From NCBI GenBank assembly GCA_964016885.1, contig OZ024743.1:34410001-34474000 (forward strand): a stretch of DNA of 64,000 bases, written 5' to 3'. The position numbers and the translations under genes are program-made. Shown piece after piece: positions 24,429-41,591 of the stretch (positions are counted from its first letter, which is position 1; each line of letters starts with the position of its first letter). The notes beneath the pieces were generated by a model. That model did no database searches. It was not told the DNA's origin and saw only the letters and a program-made list of their open reading frames with translations. This stretch comes from Eledone cirrhosa. Taxonomy: Eukaryota.

Positions 24429-25832
24429 TTAACTGTATACTTTGTGAAAAGTTCTATGGAATTTATGCAGGCAGATAGAAAACAAATCTGTGCGTCTATT
24501 TATTATAGAATCTAGGTTAGAGATAATGGTAAATTTTTCATTTAGGCAGAGATTACAGATTTTAGATAGAGAGCTGTTCAAGTATGAGGATGCAGAAGAA
24601 ATCTTCTTCCAAAAGATGGTATATTTAATGTTTTTGTCTTTTAAGGACCATATGAGTTCTGAGAGAGCAGTGTTAGTTCTTTTAAGTTTGTATTTGAAAG
24701 ATGAATGATGATTATAGAGACGAGCTTTAAAAGAGGTGGAAGTGGAGCCAAAATAGGTGAAGGAATTGGTGCTAGTTATAATTTTACATTCATAAATTAA
24801 GTTTTTATCGAGACAATGGTTGTTGAGAGGACATTTATTTTTAATGCGGCAGTTGCAATTAGAGAGATTATTAATGAGTGACCTAGTGTTATCTATAGAA
24901 GGAATTGGATTGGAGAAGTTGTTTGCGATAGGAATAATAGGAATAATAGTTTCTTGATTTAGAGTTGGATTATGAACATTTAGCGAAGTTGTGTTTGACG
25001 TTGTATTTGGGTTTACAGAAGTTAGCCTAGGGTTTACAATGACGTCGGGAGTACTATTACTGTTATTATGAAATTCAATATTGGAAGGAAGAGATTTAGT
25101 ATTTAATATTTTATTGTTGTGTTTAGAGATGATGTTGGAAATATTGGAGGATGTAGAATACGAAAATTTGATGGTGTGTTTGTTAAATATTTTACTATAG
25201 ATATGTGAGGGAGGGAAGCATTTATTTAAGGCACTAAAGAATAATTTAGGAATATTGTTATTAATAGAGATGGAGAAAGGAGCATTATACCAGATTATGT
25301 TTTTGTATCTAGGTCTTTTATTAAAATTATTGGAATGGTCATGATTAATTATTCTACTGTAAGTTTTTCTAGAATTTGTTTCTTTACTATATTTGATTTT
25401 ATCTGGATAGCCGGCTTTAGAAAGTGCGTTATTATAGTAATTGGCGTTAGCATCAAAGATGTTTTTATTAGAAGATATGTTAGATATTCTATTTCCAATA
25501 TTATTAACTATAGCATTCTTGATATTGGTAGGATGGTTAGATTTAAAGTTAACATAATTAAGGTTCTCATTGTTTTTATGGTAAGGGTAATATAGGCCAG
25601 TGTCAAGATTAAGAGATACATCCAAGAAATTAGCTAGTTTGATACTATTATCAAATTCAATTTTTAGGTTATGTTGGTTAAAGAGATTACGTATATTGTT
25701 CTTAATAATATTAAGGTTGACTATATTGCAATTTAGGATAGTAAAGAGTCCATCGTCACGATAAATTCCACCGCGAAGTTGAGGAATTTTCCGACTCAAA
25801 GAGTTCAAAATTTTCCGACTCAAAGAGTTCAA
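24429..25832 (-). pseudogene. 5'-truncated PLE-C ORF: RT C-terminal part + Cys-rich linker + GIY-YIG
   Basis: GIYRDDGL, NFLDVSL, IIWYNAPFS, CNCRIKNKCPLNNHC, LIYECKI..YFGSTSTSFKARLYNH, CNLCLNEK; clearly a different PLE lineage from A and B. Confidence 0.9.
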
Positions 25833-27199
25833 AAACTTAATTTATGAATGTAAAATTATAACTAGCACCAATTCCTTCACCTATTTTGGCTCCACTTCCA
25901 CCTCTTTTAAAGCTCGTCTCTATAATCATCATTCATCTTTCAAATACAAACTTAAAAGAACTAACACTGCTCTCTCAGAACTCATATGGTCCTTAAAAGA
26001 CAAAAACATTAAATATACCATCTTTTGGAAGAAGATTTCTTCTGCATCCTCATACTTGAACAGCTCTCTATCTAAAATCTGTAATCTCTGCCTAAATGAA
26101 AAATTTACCATTATCTCTAACCTAGATTCTATAATAAATAGACGCACAGATTTGTTTTCTATCTGCCTGCATAAATTCCATAGAACTTTTCACAAAGTAT
26201 ACAGTTAATATTCAATTCTTTATCAATTTAGAATCTTTTCTCAAAGGCACATATACATACACCTCTTTAAAATATACCCATCTACCTTACTTTAAAGGGC
26301 ATTGTACACTCTATAATACTTGTTTACTCATTACCCTCATTCTATCTTCACCTTGTAAAATCATAACATATACAATATTCATCCGCAATCATTATTATTT
26401 TTTCTCTCTATCATAAATCTTTTTAATCTCAATTTTATCCTTAATTTATTATTTTTTTCTCCCCATCAACGAACTCATTATTAATACATATTAACTCTTT
26501 ATTCGCATATATTATCAATTCAACCAATATACAAACTTTAACTTCACATTATTTTTCTCAAATCCTTCTACACACAAACCTTAATAATTTTTCTCTTCGT
26601 TAATTTTGAAATTGCCACAATATATACATTTCTTTTTTTGACGTTAGAATATTCATCCACAATTATTATTTTTTTCTCTCTATCTTCATACATAATTTCC
26701 CTTCGTTAATTTTCAAATTCTTTTAATTTATACATTATCTTCCAACGGTTCCCAACCTCTCTATGTTAAAACAATATATCTTTTTCTCAGTTATAAAAAC
26801 TATCTCTTTCTCTCTATCACCCATCTCTCCCTCTCCACCTTCACTCTCATCTCCTCCCCCTTCTTTTCATCCCCCCCTCCCTAAATAAAATATTTTTTCC
26901 TCGCACATATCCTCCCTTCGTTAATTTTCAAAATTTTTAATTTATACAGTATCTTCCAACGGTTTTCAACCTCTCTATGTAAAAAATATATCTCCTCTCA
27001 GTTATAAAAACTATCTCTTTCTCTCTATCACCCATCTCTCCCTCTCATCTCCTTCCCTTTTCATCCTTTCCAACCCCCCCCCTCTAAATAAAACATTTTT
27101 TTCCCAATATCACACATCAATCTAAAACCACTTTTCATATGTTGATTTAAAACTGCACTATCCACAAGTGTTTTTTAGCCTTCATATCATGTTCTCCTG

Positions 27200-27266
27200 T
27201 TTTATCTGATGAAAACACAAATATTATTGCATGATGATGTTTGTTTTTGAAATGCGCATAATAAAA
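27200..27266 (+). ncRNA. Type I hammerhead with long stem II, PLE-C right arm
   Basis: UUUUAU-CUGAUGA-[AAACACAAAUAUUAUU GCAU GAUGAUGUUUGUUUUU]-GAAA-UGCGCA-UA/AUAAAA; palindromic AUGCGCAU stem III. Confidence 0.85.
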
Positions 27267-27390
27267 TACATGGAACTCCTTTAACCATCTTTTGATCTTA
27301 TATTATGCATACTCCAGTCCTACAAACTGTAGAGTGCTTCTTATCCGATATCTGCATTGCTTTATTGTACTACAATAAAACTCACCTCCT

Positions 27391-28197
<807 letters not shown>

Positions 28198-29545
28198 TAA
28201 CGAAGGAAATGTGGTAAGGAACCAGGTGGACCATAACGCACCAAAGTACTCAATACTTGAGGTAGTGGAGTGGGTAATAGGAACCAGTAAGACCCCGACA
28301 GCTGAGCTCAAGCCGTTTCGACGGCTAATTCTGGACTAAATGAAAATTTATCCTGGTATTTAAATAGCCGATCTTCTCAAGGGGTAATTCCATATATGGT
28401 CAAAGTGATTGTCAAAAATCAGTAGTAATTCTGTGGTTGCAAATTAGTAGGGGAGATGGTGGCTAAACCTGCCAGTAGGAGAAAGAGGGGAGGGGGTGGA
28501 GTAGACCCAATCAAGCGTTGGTAGTGCCAGCTACAGCTGGGCATGAGGTCAAAGAAGATACAGGGGAGGGGGAGGGGGAGGAAGTCGGAACGGTAGGTAG
28601 AACAATGGGGGGTAGAAATATATAGGAAAGAAAAAATACTGAGAGTGAAGAAAAGCAAATAAGTGTAAAGAAAAAAGTAAAGTAAATTAAATTCTACGAC
28701 CTAGGTCTCAGGCTATTGTTAGGCTAGAATAAAATAAAGAAAGAAAGAAAGAAGTAAAGAAATAAATAAATAAAGAAATAACGAAATAAGTAAAAGAACT
28801 AGGTGGGACGGATTAGGCAAGGACCCTTTTAAGAGGTATAAGTACGTAAATGATACGGTGACGGGTCAACAAAAGGGGCCAAAATACTAAAGAGACTACC
28901 ACGAAAGAGACTACCACGAAAGAGACTACCACGAAAGAGACTACCACGAAATAAACAATAAAGGTTTCCATCTCGGGCCAGCAACGACCCAGTGCAGCAA
29001 AGTGAACTTGTACGAGATAATAATTCTGAGTCCCGAGAAAAATATATACTAATGCTAACTCTAAAAGATCTAAAACAAGCTACATGAAAGTTCGTACGAA
29101 ATAAAGGTAGAATACGGAGAAATAAATTCAGAATCCACCCCGCCCAGAAGAAAAGCGAAGCAAGAAATACTGAAACGAAAAAATAAGGCATAAGTGCCAC
29201 TAAGAAATATAGAGGGCACAGAGAATAGTGGGAGCGGTCGGAAAAAGGGGGCAAGTATCCGGGGTCTAAGCCAACTGCTATAAAGGGCGGAGTCCGCCAA
29301 ATCTATCATAGACTAGGGGAGGGGGTGGTGGGGGTACTAAGGCTACATGGGGCCAAAGGGCAGCCTCGGGTGGGCGAGAAAAGACGCCGACAAAGGAGAA
29401 GAGCTGGGGTAGAAGGACTAAGGAGAGAGGGGGGAAGGAAATAAAGGAAGCGATAAAAGAATACAAAGAAGATCTTACGTCTTCCTTGGCAAGCAGGGGT
29501 TACCCATTGCAAAATCGGCAAGTGGGGTGTTATAGCCCTAGTCTA
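28198..29545. mobile_element. Unclassified ~1.35-kb non-coding interspersed element between (TA)n tracts
   Basis: Its left ~80 bp recur inverted and diverged at 63111-63190, also TA-flanked; internal 15-bp x4 repeat at 28891-28950. Confidence 0.5.
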
Positions 29546-29547
29546 TA

Positions 29548-29629
<82 letters not shown>

Positions 29630-29630
29630 C

Positions 29631-29707
<77 letters not shown>

Positions 29708-29722
29708 CATATATATATATAC

Positions 29723-29767
<45 letters not shown>

Positions 29768-29774
29768 TATATAC

Positions 29775-29883
<109 letters not shown>

Positions 29884-30016
29884 ATTATATATATGTATAT
29901 ATACATACATATATCTATCTATCGTCAACATGAATGAACCTGTTATTTTTATCTACAGACATTTTTTTCCAATTCCATCCCGCCTGTCCCCTTGATCTAT
30001 TTTATTTCTCATTCTT

Positions 30017-30052
30017 TCTTCTGATGAAGGAGTAGGTTCCGAAACGTTAAGA
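30017..30052 (+). ncRNA. Minimal hammerhead in an orphan pLTR-like remnant (~29925-30135)
   Basis: UCUU-CUGAUGA-A-GGAG(UAGG)UUCC-GAAA-CG-UU/AAGA; palindromic ACGU stem III. Confidence 0.75.
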
Positions 30053-30139
30053 CCCTCTTCCTGCTATATCAAGCGTTAACCTAATATATACCTTCCTCAT
30101 ACTGTACCGATTGTGTTGTTATTTCTGTTTTCCTTTTAC

Positions 30140-32662
<2,523 letters not shown>

Positions 32663-32929
32663 CACATAACATTGTCCTAATTATACATCTGATTGGCTGC
32701 TTATAACTGAAAGCAAAAATCGATAGCTTCGCTCCTTGTGCTTTTCTATAAATAATAATATTGTGATGATGATGTTGTGGTGATGATAATGATGATGATG
32801 ATGATGATAATGGTAGTGAGGAGGAGGAGGAGGATGAAGAGTAGAGAAGGGGGAGGAGGCTAGGGGCTAAAAGATGTAAAGTTTCATAATAATGACGATG
32901 ACAATAATAATTTGAAGAAAGAGAAAAGT

Positions 32930-33230
32930 CGATTTATGGACCCCAGTATTTGACTGGTATTTTATTTTATCAGTTCCGGAATAATGATAGGCAAAGTTGA
33001 CCTTAACGGGGTTTGAAATCAGAACATAAAATGTTATGTTCTGATTTCAAACCCTCTAAATATTCTGCCAATAACATTAGCCATAGTTTCTAATTCAGGC
33101 ACAAGGCCGGCAGTTTCTAACAAGAGTGGAAAGTTGATTATATAGACTCTAGTACCGGACCAGTACTTTATTTATCGACCCCGAAATGATGAAAGGTAAC
33201 GTTGAGCTTGGTGAAACTTTAACCCTGAAC
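32930..33230 (-). mobile_element. Two decayed tRNA-derived SINE copies
   Basis: Share the core TACTTTATTT(T)ATCGACCCCG..ATGAAAGG with better-preserved copies. Confidence 0.7.
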
Positions 33231-33639
33231 CCTCAATCTCATCTAAGCAAGAGAAACGGTCCAAGTATCGGGACATTGAAATAAGTAGATTGTGATGCAT
33301 AGAAATAAATAAAAAATACCAATAATAATTAGCCTACTATGAATAGACTATTCCAAGGCACACAACGTTACACACTGTACAGCCGATAGCCATGACAGGC
33401 ACAGCTCACAACCTGCGTAAAACAATTTCATAATAACCAATAAAATAACACGACTGATACTCTTACGTAATCGATACTTAGATACTGCTCAGTTACCTTC
33501 AGCTAATATAAAACAACGCAGGCAAAACATTCTCTAAACAGTCACAGTCCAATGCGCTACAAAACATAAAACCAATTACACAGCATATACGACAAATACC
33601 GCCCAAGAAAATAACACACCTGGCATTACATATAATATA

Positions 33640-35606
33640 ACAGATATTACATGTAATATAAAAAATATTACATGTAATATGGACAACATATATTATATAT
33701 GATATGGACAACAGTTATTACATATAATATGTACAACAGATATTACATGTAATATGGACAACAGATATTACATGTAATATGGACAACAGATATTATATAT
33801 AATATGGACAACAGATATTATATATAATATGGACAACAGATATTACATGTAATATGGACAACAGATATTATATATAATATGGACAACAGATATTACATAT
33901 AATATGGACAACAGATATTATATGTAATATGGACAACAGATATTACATGTAATATGGACAACAGATATTACATGTAATATGGACAACAGATATTATATAT
34001 AATATGGACAACAGATATTATATATAATATGGACAACAGATATTACATGTAATATGGACAACAGATATTATATATAATATGGACAACAGATATTACATAT
34101 AATATGGACAACAGATATTATATGTAATATGGACAACAGATATTACATGTAATATGGACAACAGATATTACATGTAATATGTACAACAGATATTATATAT
34201 AATATGGACAACAGATATTATATATAATATGGATAACAGATAGTACATGTAATATGGACAACAGATATTATATATAATATGGACAACAGATATTACATGT
34301 AATATGGACGACAGATATTACATGTAATATGGACAACAGATATTATATGTAATATGGACAACAGATATTATATGTAATATGGACAACAGATATTATATAT
34401 AATATGGACAACAGATATTACATGTAATATGGACAACAGATATTATATGTAATATGGACAACAGATATTATATGTAATATGGACAACAGATATTATATGT
34501 AATATGGACAACAGATATTATATGTAATATGGACAACAGATATTATATATAATATGGACAACAGATATTACATGTAATATGGACAACAGATATTATATGT
34601 AATATGGACAACAGATATTATATATAATATGGACAACAGATATTACATGTAATATGGACAACAGATATTATATGTAATATGGACAACAGATATTATATGT
34701 AATATGGACAACAGATATTACATGTAATATGGACAACAGATATTACATGTAATATGGACAACAGATATTATATATAATATGTACAACAGATATTACATGT
34801 AATATGTACAACAGATATTACATGTAATATGGACAACAGATATTACATGTAATATGGACACCAGATATTACATGTAATATGGACAACAGATATTATATAT
34901 AATATGGACAACAGATATTACATGTAATATGGACAACAGATATTACATGTAATATAACAGATATTACATGTAATATAACAGATATTACATGTAATATAAC
35001 AGATATTACATGTAATATAACAGATTTTACATGTAATATAACAGATATTACATGTAATATAACAGATATTACATGTAATATAACATATTTTACATGTAAT
35101 ATAACAGATATTACATGTAATATAACAGATATTACATGTAATATAACAGATATTACATGTAATATAACAGATATTACATGTAATATAACAGATATTACAT
35201 GTAATATAACATATTTTACATGTAATATAACAGATATTACATGTAATATAACAGATATTACATGTAATATAACAGATATTACATGTAATATAACAGATAT
35301 TACATGTAATATAACATATTTTACATGTAATATAACAGATATTACATGTAATATAACAGATATTGCATGTAATATAACAGATTTTACATGTAATATAACA
35401 GATTTTACATGTAATATAACAGATATTACATGTAATATAACAGATATTACATGTAATATAACAGATATTACATGTAATATAACAGATATTACATGTAATA
35501 TAACATATTTTACATGTAATATAACAGATATTACATCTAATATAACAGATATTGCATGTAATATAACAGATTTTACATGTAATATAACAGATTTTACATG
35601 TAATAT
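33640..35606. repeat. Minisatellite: 25-bp unit GGACAACAGATATTACATGTAATAT switching at ~34955 to 21-bp AACAGATATTACATGTAATAT
   Basis: Read directly from the sequence. Confidence 0.95.
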
Positions 35607-35767
35607 GCTAAACAGACGAAACATTCAAACACCAGAAACAACGAAACAAGTCTTCCACCCAAATATAATGAAAAACTAATGTAGTATACTTCTGAGCATG
35701 CGCACACTACAACTCTGTAAGTGCACCAGTTGGTGCAATAGAAACTTGAATAAAAGTCGAAAGCGTC

Positions 35768-35798
<31 letters not shown>

Positions 35799-35902
35799 GG
35801 AGGAGGAGGAGGAGGATGATGAGGATCCTTAATTTAGTGGTTACAAAACAACTATATATGCTCTTCAACCGTATACTTTACATTCACCATTGTGAGATAT
35901 GT

Positions 35903-36285
35903 AATAATTGTTTCTACTTTTTGGCACAAGGCCAGCAAATTACCACAGTGCATTACTGGTACTTTATTTTATCGACCCCGTAAGGATGAAAGACAAAGTT
36001 AACCTCGGCGGGATTTGAACTCAGAACGTAAAGGGCAATAACTCTATGCTGTAAAGCATGGTGTCTGACGTTCTACCGATACTGCCAATCCACGTAATAA
36101 TTGTTTCTACTTTTGGCACAAGGCCAGCAATTACCACATTGCATTACTGATACTTTATTTTATCGACCCCGTACGCAAGAAAGGCAAAGCTAACCCCGGT
36201 AGGATTTGAACGCAGTCCGTAAAGGCCATAACTCTATGCAAAGCATGGCGTCCAACCCTCTAATGATACTGCCAATCCACCGCCC
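35903..36285 (-). mobile_element. Two tandem tRNA-derived SINEs
   Basis: B box GAGTTCAAATCCC (minus strand), core GCCTTTCATCCTTACGGGGTCGATAAAATAAAGTACCAG, tail GCCTTGTGCCAAAAGTAGAAAC. Confidence 0.85.
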
Positions 36286-36710
36286 TCTACTTCCAATAAT
36301 AAGGTATTTGGAAAGCCTGTATAATGCAGATAGCAATATAAAGATGGTCCTGGGATGAAAGGTTAACAACACAATAGAAAATGTTTTTACCTAATATATT
36401 CCTTCATGATATTTCAAGGTAAATGCCTTCTTTTCAAATAAATGTAGAAAAACGAGGCATTCTCTTTTCGTAAATCTTTCCTATGTTGTGTATGTGTAGT
36501 CTAAAGTCTGCACAGGCAGCGACCACTAATTAATAACAGAACAGGGATTCATGGAGCAGAGTAGCCATTATTACTGTTGAAGTCGAAAGAGCTTTTCCTC
36601 AGTCATTTCAGTCGCATCGATCACACAAACCCAGAGAAAATATTGCAACAAAACTATAAAATACTACACCAAGTAAAGACGAAACATTTAGAGGTGTACA
36701 TAAATTAAAG

Positions 36711-38810
36711 AGGCGTCAAATTGTCAGAGTGGTTAGAACGTCGAATAGAATGGCAGGGTGGTTAGAACGTCGAATAGAATGGCAGGGTGGTTAGAACGTC
36801 GAATAGAATGGCAGGGTGGTTAGAACGTCGAATAGAATGGCAGGGTGGTTAGAACGTCGGATAGAATGGCAGAGTGGTTAGAACGTCGGATAGAATGGCA
36901 GGGTGGTTAGAACGTCGGATAGAATGGCAGAGTGGTTAGAACGTCGGATAGAATGGCAGAGTCGTTAGAACGTCGGATAGAATGGCAGAGTGGTTAGAAC
37001 GTCGGATAGAATGGCAGAGTGGTTAGAACGTCGGATAGAATGGCAGAGTGGTTAGAACATCAGATAGAATGGCAGAGTGGTTAGAACGTCGGATAGAATG
37101 GCAGAGTGGTTAGAACGTGTGGTTAGAACGTCAGATAGAATGGCAGAGTGGTTAGAACGTCGGATAGAATGGCAGAGTCGTTAGAACATCAGATAGAATG
37201 GCAGAGTGGTTAGAACGTCGGATAGAATGGCAGAGTGGTTAGAACGTGTGGTTAGAACGTCAGATAGAATGGCAGAGTGGTTAGAACGTCAGATAGAATG
37301 GCAGAGTGGTTAGAACGTCGGATAGAATGGCAGAGTCGTTAGAACGTCAGATAGAATGGCAGAGTGGTTAGAACGTCGGATAGAATGGCAGAGTCGTTAG
37401 AACGTCGGATAGAATGGCAGAGTGGTTAGAACGTCGGATAGAATGGCAGAGTGGTTAGAACATCAGATAGAATGGCAGAGTGGTTAGAACGTCAGATAGA
37501 ATGGCAGAGTGGTTAGAACGTCGGATAGAATGGCAGAGTGGTTAGAACGTCAGATAGAATGGCAGAGTCGTTAGAACGTCAGATAGAATGGCAGAGTGGT
37601 TAGAACGTCGGATGGAATGGCAGAGTGGTTAGAACGTCGGATAGAATGGCAGAGTGGTTAGAACGTCGGATAGAATGGCAGAGTGGTTAGAACGTCGGAT
37701 AGAATGGCAGAGTGGTTAGAACGTCGGATGGAATGGCAGAGTGGTTAGAACGTCGGATAGAATGGCAGAGTGGTTAGAACGTCGGATAGAATGGCAGAGT
37801 GGTTAGAACGTCAGATAGAATGGCAGAGTGGTTAGAACGTCGGATAGAATGGCAGAGTGGTTAGAACGTCAGATAGAATGGCAGAGTGGTTAGAACGTCG
37901 GATAGAATGGCAGAGTGGTTAGAACGTCAGATAGAATGGCAGAGTCGTTAGAACGTCAGATAGAATGGCAGAGTGGTTAGAACGTCGGATAGAATGGCAG
38001 AGTCGTTAGAACGTCGGATAGAATGGCAGAGTCGTTAGAACGTCAGATAGAATGGCAGAGTGGTTAGAACGTCGGATGGAATGGCAGAGTGGTTAGAACG
38101 TCGGATAGAATGGCAGAGTGGTTAGAACGTCGGATAGAATGGCAGAGTGGTTAGAACGTCAGATAGAATGGCAGAGTGGTTAGAACGTCGGATAGAATGG
38201 CAGAGTGGTTAGAACGTCAGATAGAATGGCAGAGTCGTTAGAACGTCAGATAGAATGGCAGAGTGGTTAGAACGTCAGATAGAATGGCAGAGTGGTTAGA
38301 ACGTCGGATAGAATGGCAGAGTGGTTAGAACGTCAGATAGAATGGCAGAGTCGTTAGAACGTCAGATAGAATGGCAGAGTGGTTAGAACGTCAGATAGAA
38401 TGGCAGAGTCGTTAGAACGTCAGATAGAATGGCAGAGTGGTTAGAACGTCGGATGGAATGGCAGAGTGGTTAGAACGTCGGATAGAATGGCAGAGTGGTT
38501 AGAACATCAGATAGAATGGCAGAGTGGTTAGAACGTCGGATAGAATGGCAGAGTCGTTAGAACATCAGATAGAATGCTTTATGGTATTAGTTCCAGCTCT
38601 CTGCTCTATGAGTTCAAATCCCGCCGTGGTCAACTTTGCCTTTCATCCTTTCGAGGTCGATAAAAAAAAATTACCAGTCAACTACTGGGGTGAATTCTTC
38701 CTCTCACTGGAAGAAATCTGCTGTTCTCAGGCCTGGAAAGGGATAGGCTCTACCATGCTTAAAATACCCAAGAAACGGCGCCCGTACTACTCTATCAGGT
38801 GATACGGGAC
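36711..38810 (+). mobile_element. tRNA-derived SINE whose 5' head is expanded into a minisatellite
   Basis: After the array come a B box (GAGTTCAAATCCC ~38610), core and tail matching the unexpanded copy at 60348-60700. Confidence 0.85.
36722..38576 (+). repeat. 29-bp minisatellite GGCAGAGTGGTTAGAACGTCGGATAGAAT, ~64 units
   Basis: Read directly from the sequence; variants at a few recurring positions. Confidence 0.95.
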
Positions 38811-39339
38811 CAAACATACATAAATTAACGGTATACATAAATAAGAAACATTATGATAATAGGATCTATCTTCTTTACAAAGGCCATGCCACGTGACGTA
38901 ATTTCGTAAACGAACGTAAACCAAAATACATCGGTATGTTAAAAGGTATTTTTTTTCGGCGAAATGTTCCGATGCAACATCCTACACTGATGTCTCTGTG
39001 TGTGTGTGTGTGTATGTGTATGCGTATGTGTGTGTGTGTGTATGTGTGTGTGTACAGGGTTTAGTCGTAGGAAACACTTATGTTCTCTAACTTAGTATCG
39101 ATCTAACACTTTTCTTATTTCTTTCTTCTTTTACTCTAATTTGATGAAAGGTTTAACTCGAAACGCCACATCCTTTTCTTTTCTCTTTATTCGGTATAAA
39201 TATTTTCATTGTAAACATATTTATTACATTTTTCGTTCGTATAATTTGTCCTTTATATTTGCTTTTCTTTCATCATTTGGCTACCTGCGAATGTTAAACA
39301 GTTTTTAGGCTCTACTTACTCTCATGGCAGTGAAGGCTC

Positions 39340-39570
39340 AGGAGTTCAATTCTCGGTAGCCCGTTGTATCCTTAAGCAAGTCTTATTATTTCATGTTGCT
39401 CCAGTCCGCTCAGCTGGCAAACATGAGCTGTACCTGTAATTCAAGGACAAACTTGCCACAAACTGTGACACACTGAATCTCCCTGAGAACTGCCTTAATG
39501 GTGAACATGCCTGTGAAATACTGAGTCCCCTGCACGTTAATTCCTAGAGCAAGCTGTTTCATTGTTCAAA
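39340..39570 (+). mobile_element. Decayed SINE-like repeat, second family
   Basis: GAGTTCAATTC box; 3' part TGTACCTGTAATTCAA..CTGAATCT..TGCAC.TTAATT is shared with 60940-61080. Confidence 0.6.
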
Positions 39571-40649
39571 CAACTGAAACAGTCGTCGTCGAAAGTGACA
39601 GAGGTCCAACACAACAACAACACTCTCATGGATCAGTATATATTTATATATTTCCATGGGCGAGATGGTCAGTTTTTTAGCGTGACCTGCTGCATTATTC
39701 CAGAAACTAAATACCACGCAACAAATTATCCTCTCATTCTACTGTAATACTTATAATAAACATCATTTTCCCAGTAGGAATCTTGACTTCTTCTTGTTTT
39801 CTCGATTGTATTTCAGTTAATTTATCGGTTTTACATACCACCGTCTAAATATTGACTTAAATTACCCTCTATAACTATATTAACACCTTCAAATATAACC
39901 ATATAGTAAAAACTTCAAAATTGCATGATATCGCTTTTTGCTGGATCTACTTCAACATATACATATAATTTGATGTGTGTGTATGTTTTTTTTTTTTTTT
40001 TTTTTTTTTGCTTTTGTAATTCAACATTAAATCAAGTGTAATGTATATTACAGTGGTTGGCATTCACTGTGTAACCAAACAAAATATGCACGGATAAACG
40101 GATAAAACTGCCTGAATTTTTTATCTAAATTACCTGGAAAACAAAACGTAATTGTAAGCTTTCCAGGACCTTGTCTCTCCCACTTGCTGCGTGCTATAAA
40201 CAAGTACAGTATTTATACCACTTGTGTGTAAATGAATTGATGTTCATTTTAATGACCATCATTGAATGGTTATGAAAGTAACTGTGAAAAATATAAATAT
40301 TTTCTAAATTCTAATGACATTAAATAATTTTAGAAAGTTAAATTAAAATAAAATGTTGCTAGTATCAAAATATAGCAACATTTTCTATACAGTAAAAACT
40401 AAATGAATTCCAACGAGGCACATGGAACTAATTCTTCGATCTAACTGTATGGATCCTGACAACAATAAAAATTCCGGTAAGACAAATACGTTAAAAACTT
40501 TCCTTGGCAGAAATGAAAAACAATCTGCCGCAAATGAATTCTTTAAACCTAATCAAGGCATTATATTAGAAATAATCCTAGTACATTATCATAATCAGGA
40601 CGGCATTTATAAATATTTAAAATATATATAAAGTAACCATTATTATAAA

Positions 40650-40845
40650 CAGGACGGTGGATTTGCAGAATCGGTAGAGGGTCGGACACCATGCTTTGCA
40701 ACATAGAGTTACGGCTCTTTACGGTTTGAGTTCAAATCCCGCCGAGGTTAACTTTGCCTTTCACCTTTACGGAGTCGATGAAATAAAGCATCAGTAATGT
40801 ACTGGGATAATTGCTTGCCTTGTGCCAAAAGTAGAAACAATTATT
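40650..40845 (+). mobile_element. tRNA-derived SINE
   Basis: Head, B box, core and tail present. Confidence 0.85.
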
Positions 40846-41591
40846 ATAAACAGCTACGTCAAGCCTCCACCACAACTGAACACAATCACATTAACCAATT
40901 TAAGGAAGCAAGCAATTTTATTAATAACAATGAAAGATTTCCCCTATCCAAAAGGTTATTATAGGTACTATCAATATGCTAGATACATCCTCATAGATAT
41001 CCTCGTGTATGACCTGAGGTCATTGGGTGTTTCGAGTCCTTCAACGTCATACATTCTTGTGCAGGTGACCCATTCAGGCCCTGACTTGCGTCTCAGCAGC
41101 GGCCAGCCACAAATCAGTCTTTATTTATATATTCAAAGCCACTATTTCTCTCCGGCTTCGAGCCCTGACCGAATAGCTCCTGTTTATTACTCCGGTAAAC
41201 TCCAATCAGCTAAAGACAGTTAATATTAAACTGGAAGAAATAGAATCTCTATCAGTTTATATAAAACTGGAAAGTTATGTTTCAACATGAAACAGAACAT
41301 GAATGAAACCTTTAGAGAAAGAAATACAAAAAACAAAAGTATTTTCCGTGAAGTAAAATGAAAGACAAATAAATTATAAAAGTCATGTAATTCAGACAGC
41401 TGCTCAAATATCAAGTCAATAAAAACTGTCACCAGGATAATATCTATATATATAAAATAAAATGGAATAGTGTTGAAAGTTAGCAAAAGAAAATGTATTA
41501 AGAGGAGTCATAGAGAAATGTTACGTGGTACAAGTAGACTACAATACAGTATTGAAAAATAACCTAGAAATAGAACATTCGAAGTATATAT

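Noticed and set aside
34893-35624. 243-aa (VISVILH)n ORF
   Set aside because: Translation of the 21-bp minisatellite
36722-38576. CRISPR-like array (also 33640-35606)
   Set aside because: No unique spacers, no cas genes, eukaryotic context
39141-39170. Hammerhead-like TTGATGA..GAAACGCC
   Set aside because: Core mutated and no stem I or cleavage triplet; at most a dead remnant
40650-40745. tRNA genes at SINE heads
   Set aside because: A/B boxes are present but there is no full cloverleaf, and each continues into the SINE core and tail
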